This document shows, in pieces, positions 59,567 to 64,000 of a stretch of 64,000 nucleotides of DNA. The notes beneath the pieces are model-generated. The model saw nothing but the letters and a program-made list of their open reading frames with translations. It was not told where the DNA came from and searched no databases. Origin of the DNA: Leidyana gryllorum EB-2025a (lineage: Eukaryota > Protista > Apicomplexa); the NCBI GenBank assembly GCA_048772705.1, contig JBLWGC010000104.1, positions 62,001-126,000 of the forward strand. Reading direction: 5' to 3'. The translations under genes and the position numbers were made by a program. The number at the start of each line of letters is the position of its first letter. Position 1 is the first letter of the stretch.

Positions 59567-61147
59567 ATGGCCCGGAGCGGAAGCAAAGTCGACCCCTCAG
59601 AGCCTGTAGTATTTGACTCCTCTTCAGGATGCGAGGTGAGTGCCGTTTTCGGCCGTACTATGATGAAACTCCGTCAATAGGTTGTCACCTCCTTCGAGGC
59701 CATGGGTCTTAAGCCCGAAATCCTGCGAGGTATTGTGCAGTATGGACTGGAGAAACCCTCGGCCGTTCAGCAACGGGCTATCAAACCCATTCTTCAAGGT
59801 CGAGATGTTATTGTTCAGTCTCAGTCGGGAACGGGAAAGACGGTCGTCTTCTGCTTGGGCGCCCTTGAGACAATCTCGACGGCCAAAAAGAGTCCACAAG
59901 TACTCATTCTCTCTCCCACAAGAGAGCTGGCCGAACAGAGTCAGAAAGTTTGCCTCGCGCTTGGCGAATACCTAAACGCGCAAGTGCATTGCTGCACTGG
60001 AGGCAAACGAATGGTAGACGATATCAAGGCCTTAGAAGCGGGAGTTCACATTGTCTCGGGCACTTGTGGTCGGGTATACCACATGATTTACGAGCGACAC
60101 CTCTCGACGAGGTAAGTGTCCGAGAGACATTCATTCTCTCTCAGCGCGAACTGTCCATCCCTCTGCTACCCTACACAAAAGGCGACCAACATAACTCCCC
60201 CCCTGCGACACACAATGTTAGCGGAACTAAAAGAGTTGGTTGACTTGTTGGTGGGGCAGAGGAGGGATGGATGGATGGATGGGAACGCGTTGCTGTGACT
60301 ACGTGACTATCTGACTGTGTGGTTCCTCCTCTCGCGTCAACTTGTGTCTGTCTGATCGATTGGGCTCCGATAAATGATTCACTTTCTTCTCCTGCAGAGA
60401 GATCAAGATGTTAGTTATGGATGAAGCTGATGAGCTGTTGAATCGGGGTTTCAAGACGCAAGTTTATGAGATATATCGTTACTTGCCGCCTCAGACTCAA
60501 GTGGTGTTAGTGAGCGCCACCTTACCCAATGAAGTGTTGGAGATGTCAACTCAATTCATGAACGAGCCGTTCCGAGTCCTGGTCAAACGTGATGAACTCA
60601 CGCTGGAAGGCATTCGGCAATTCTTTGTTGCCGTTGAGAAAGAGAGCTGGAAATTCGATACCTTGACTGACCTGTATGATACGTTAACGATCACACAGGC
60701 AGTCGTGTTCTGCAATACTAAGAACAAGGTGGACTGGTTGGCGGGGAAAATGCTCGCTATGAACTTCACGGTGAGGAGGCTGGTAGCACATTGCAAAAAC
60801 GCATCGTTTGTCTGTTTTAGGTACTGAAGATGCATGGTGATATGCCGCAGCAAGAGCGGGACGTGATCATGGAAGAGTTCCGGAGGGGTGACAAACGCGT
60901 TCTGATAACAACGGACGTATGGGGTCGCGGTCTGGATGTTCAGCAGGTCTCACTTGTAATCAATTATGACCTGCCGAACAACCGTGAGCTCTATATACAT
61001 CGAATTGGCCGATCGGGTCGTTACGGACGGAAGGGTGTGGCCATTAATTTCGTAAAGAATGATGATGTGCGTATTTTACGAGATATCGAGCAATACTACT
61101 CGACTCAGATTGATGAAATGCCAATGAACGTCACTGACCTCATCTAA
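59567..61147 (+). CDS. EIF4A3: DEAD-box helicase eIF4A-III (exon junction complex core)
   Basis: Q motif [32 protein letters not shown], eIF4A3-typical [37 protein letters not shown] and [16 protein letters not shown]. Confidence 0.95.
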
Positions 61148-61180
61148 AATTCTGTTAGAACGCAAAAACATAAACTCGCC

Positions 61181-62472
61181 ATGCAGGCTGACCGCGCTGG
61201 CAGAACCTTGAGCCTGGTCGCCGTAGCGGCAGTAATTGGAGTGATTGCGGGGACTGTGATAGGCCGCCAGGTCAAGCAATACCGAAAGAGAGGGGCCATT
61301 GGGACCCCAGAGGACCTGGTTGCATTTGAAGAAGCACAAGGACAATCCACTGATGTCCCCGAAAATGCTAATCATGGGTGTCCAGGGGTACAGAGCACTG
61401 ACGCCGGCCTTGATCCGGCGTGCCAAGGGTGTCCTAACCGGTCCCTTTGTGCGTCAGGACAGGTAAAGCTCCTCTTACGCCGACTCTTTCTTTCTATTTC
61501 AATACGATCTTATCGTCAGGCTAGTGAAATGTCACCACACATAGCGCAAATTGCAGCCAAGATGGTAAACATTAAGCATAAGGTGAGTGGCTAACGCACG
61601 TGTGTGTCACTTGGAGACATCGCAAATGGCAGATATTGGTGCTGTCCGGAAAGGGCGGCGTGGGAAAATCAACTGTTTCATGTCAAATCGCATGGGAGCT
61701 ACAGAGCCGTGGGCTTTCTGTGGGCTTGCTGGACATTGATATCTGCGGACCAAGTGTGCCAAAGATGACGGGTATGTCTAGTTGAGCACTTTCGGACTGC
61801 ATTGTTTTGATCCGTTTCGTCATACAGGAACACACGGCCATGAAGTACGGTCGTTTGGTGAAGGGTGGTTGCCTGTGTGCGTGAATGAGAATTTCTGCGT
61901 AATGTCAACTGGATATCTATTGCCCAACGACGACGGGGCAGTGATATGGCGAGGGCCGAAGAAGAATGGACTGATTCGTCAGTTCCTCAGTGACGTTTAT
62001 TGGGGCGATTTGGATTATCTTATTGTGGATACTCCGCCGGGGACGTCGGACGAGCACTTGTCGATTGTGACACTACTGGGTGCTGCGGGAGTTGACGGCG
62101 CGATTGTGGTGACTACACCACAGGAGGTGTCATTGCAGGATGTGCGCAAAGAGATTAACTTTTGGTGAGTGTCATTTTTGACAGGCAGGTGGGAATGTTT
62201 TCTGCAGCAAGCAAACCCAGATCAAAGTGTTGGGCGTGATTGAGAATATGGCCGGGTCTGTTTTTGCTTCTCTGGATCCCGAGGCAGCTCGGAGGACATG
62301 TCAGAAGATGGAGGTCCCATATGCGGGGGCTATAGAACTTGACAGTGCAGTGCTTGCTGCTGGCGAGAAGGGGATGCAACTATCGGAAGGGTCTGCTGCG
62401 GCGAAGCAGTTTAAGATCGCTTTGGATGCTTGTTTACAGAACATGGACGTTCGGAAGCCGTCGTCAAGTTAG
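61181..62472 (+). CDS. NBP35: Cytosolic Fe-S cluster assembly factor NBP35 with an N-terminal TM segment
   Basis: C-x13-C-x2-C-x5-C N-terminal motif; [42 protein letters not shown] and ENM. Confidence 0.95.
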
Positions 62473-62804
62473 CATGTCCTTATAACGGTCAGACGCGAGA
62501 GGTCTGTGGGAGGGGGCCTGCGTGGGCTGGTATGTATGCGGGAAGAAGGTGGGGAGACACACAGAGATATGCAATGCACGTGCCGGGTACTATGGACACT
62601 CACTTTCTTATCTCGAGCTGCAGCCATTTGTTGTACGGCTTGATCGGACAGATTTCCACGTCGTTGATTTTCGTTTGCTCGAGCCTCTGCCGCTGCAATT
62701 ACAAGTCTTCTCCTTTCGTCGGCGTCATGTTTCTCGGTCAGTGCAGTTTTGGATTGCTGATTCGACGTGGACTTGCGCTTGAACAGTTTTTTCAGCGAGT
62801 GCAT
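62464..62804 (-). CDS. SVIP-like small p97/VCP-interacting protein
   Basis: ERRRLVIAAAEARANENQRRGNL fits the VIM consensus R-x5-AA-x2-R; a GTGAGT...CGCAG intron leads to last exon [17 protein letters not shown]. Confidence 0.6.
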
Positions 62805-62823
62805 ATTGGATCTGAGTCTGTTT

Positions 62824-64000
62824 TCAGAGCGCCAGAGCTCGGAACGGTTTCCACACTGCAGATGTATATAGATTTTGGGAATAAAATACACGGTCTGCTC
62901 ACAGAAATCTGGTCCCACTTGAGGCCACCGTAAGCCAGGCGTTCGGTACCAGCGTTTGTGATAGTGTCCGCTCCAGACGAGTGCTGCCGCGACTACGGCG
63001 ATGTGTACAGTGTATACGATGAGCGATTTGTATATTCCGGTAGCTAAACTCAAAAGAAGTGCTTTTGTCTATAATGAGTGAAAACTCACTACCGCCCAAA
63101 AGGTATTGCATTCCTTGGTGAAGGGACCAGTACGCCTCCTCAAGACTATCAGAGGTGGCTTGCATTTGGAATGTGTCAAAATCGCGGCCCAGATCGCCTA
63201 GACGCAGATAAATCAAGTCCAGATTGGAGCTCCATAATTCGGAAGACTCCACTACTTCCATTCGGCTTTTTGAGATTAAGCATGAGTGTTCCTTCACAGC
63301 AGCCTTCCACATCTCACCTCCCCGTGTCTCCAGCTTGGAGACGGGTAATGCCTCAAGCGCTACCAGGGAGGTCTTGGAGACCTCTGAACCAGAGGGCTCC
63401 AAGCAGTCTCGAGGTGTCAAAATGGCTTCCGCAGTATTTGCCTCTAAATCGACGTTCGCATCCGCTTCATGTGTAACCACCAAGTTATCGGGATCAGCTT
63501 CGATCCTAATCAATCAATTCGTCACAGTGTCGATCCACTCCCCAGACACTCACTCTCTTAATTTCTCAAGTTCGGCTGCTGTGGGAGGCGGTGCGAATCG
63601 CGCCTTTAGGCGTTGCATTTCTCTATCGTGGGGAAGATTAAACGTGACGAGGCACCTGTCGTCCCCGACGTCGACTGAACGCCACGACCCATCCCTAGAC
63701 TTCAGCCCAACGGGATACAGGCAGCGCTGACCTTCAACGCAAGTCGCTGGAAAAGCGCGGTAACGACTCAAACATTGGAGATCTGAATCGAAAGATATAA
63801 ACTTCGACGACGACTGTCCTCAAATTCGACACTCACGTGGTCCTAGTTTCTGATCCACCAAGAGACACTCCTTTATCCATTTCCGGCAGGTCCCGACACG
63901 TGCTGCGCCCGCCCCATTGAGGGGTTTGGAGCAAGTGCCTGAACATAAAGCGACAGCGAGGAAGAGAATCGCGGCTACCAGGACAAGAAAGGCCAGGGAT
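62824..64000 (-). CDS. Hypothetical type-I membrane protein, 5' end outside the window
   Basis: Hydrophobic leader at the window edge (SLAFLVLVAAILFLAVAL); exons in ORFs 63550-63771 and 62899-63513; phase-1 intron into TM SLIVYTVHIAVVAAALVW; probable last exon LWKPFRALAL. Confidence 0.55.

Noticed and set aside
62464-62466. C-terminal UGA of the SVIP-like gene as selenocysteine (SelK/SelS-like)
   Set aside because: No Gly/Pro-rich or CxxU context and no SECIS is seen downstream, which is NBP35 antisense sequence
28263-62804. Functional clustering of ubiquitin-proteasome genes (cullin, RAD23, SVIP-like)
   Set aside because: They are separated by many unrelated genes; expected by chance in a compact genome

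Overview
Eukaryotic, extremely gene-dense nuclear DNA with about 35 intron-containing genes. Most introns are GT-AG and roughly 30-70 bp, so the supplied ORF track splits most genes and contains many antisense shadow ORFs. The gene content (glucan water dikinase, an ISP-like MG..CxCC protein, NBP35 with an N-terminal membrane anchor, acidic-tailed type-I surface proteins) suggests an apicomplexan, possibly a gregarine; this is inference. Recognisable genes: A1 aspartyl protease (partial), Kelch + coiled-coil protein, SepSecS, PH-domain protein, GDPD, dienelactone hydrolase, NIPA transporter, multi-C2 protein, RRM protein, cullin, UAP1, GWD, SmD2, RAD23, COPI beta', 3xCCCH protein, dephospho-CoA kinase, eIF4A3, NBP35 and an SVIP-like protein. 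Best candidates for novelty: (1) a 43.4-49.0 kb surface-protein cluster with two tandem paralogues sharing an unrecognised 12-cysteine ectodomain and a conserved acidic tail, a secreted stand-alone integrin-beta I-like domain and a mucin; (2) non-coding grammar: genes often only 3-40 bp apart, a recurring AAAA(N)TTTG element before start codons, and at least 8 copies of the palindrome CACACGTGTG; (3) NBP35 lacking its C-terminal CxxC; (4) a microsatellite-rich low-density island at 19-28 kb holding an RRM gene and a possible divergent formin. No rRNA, tRNA, CRISPR array or mobile element was seen. All gene models were spliced by eye, so exon boundaries are approximate.
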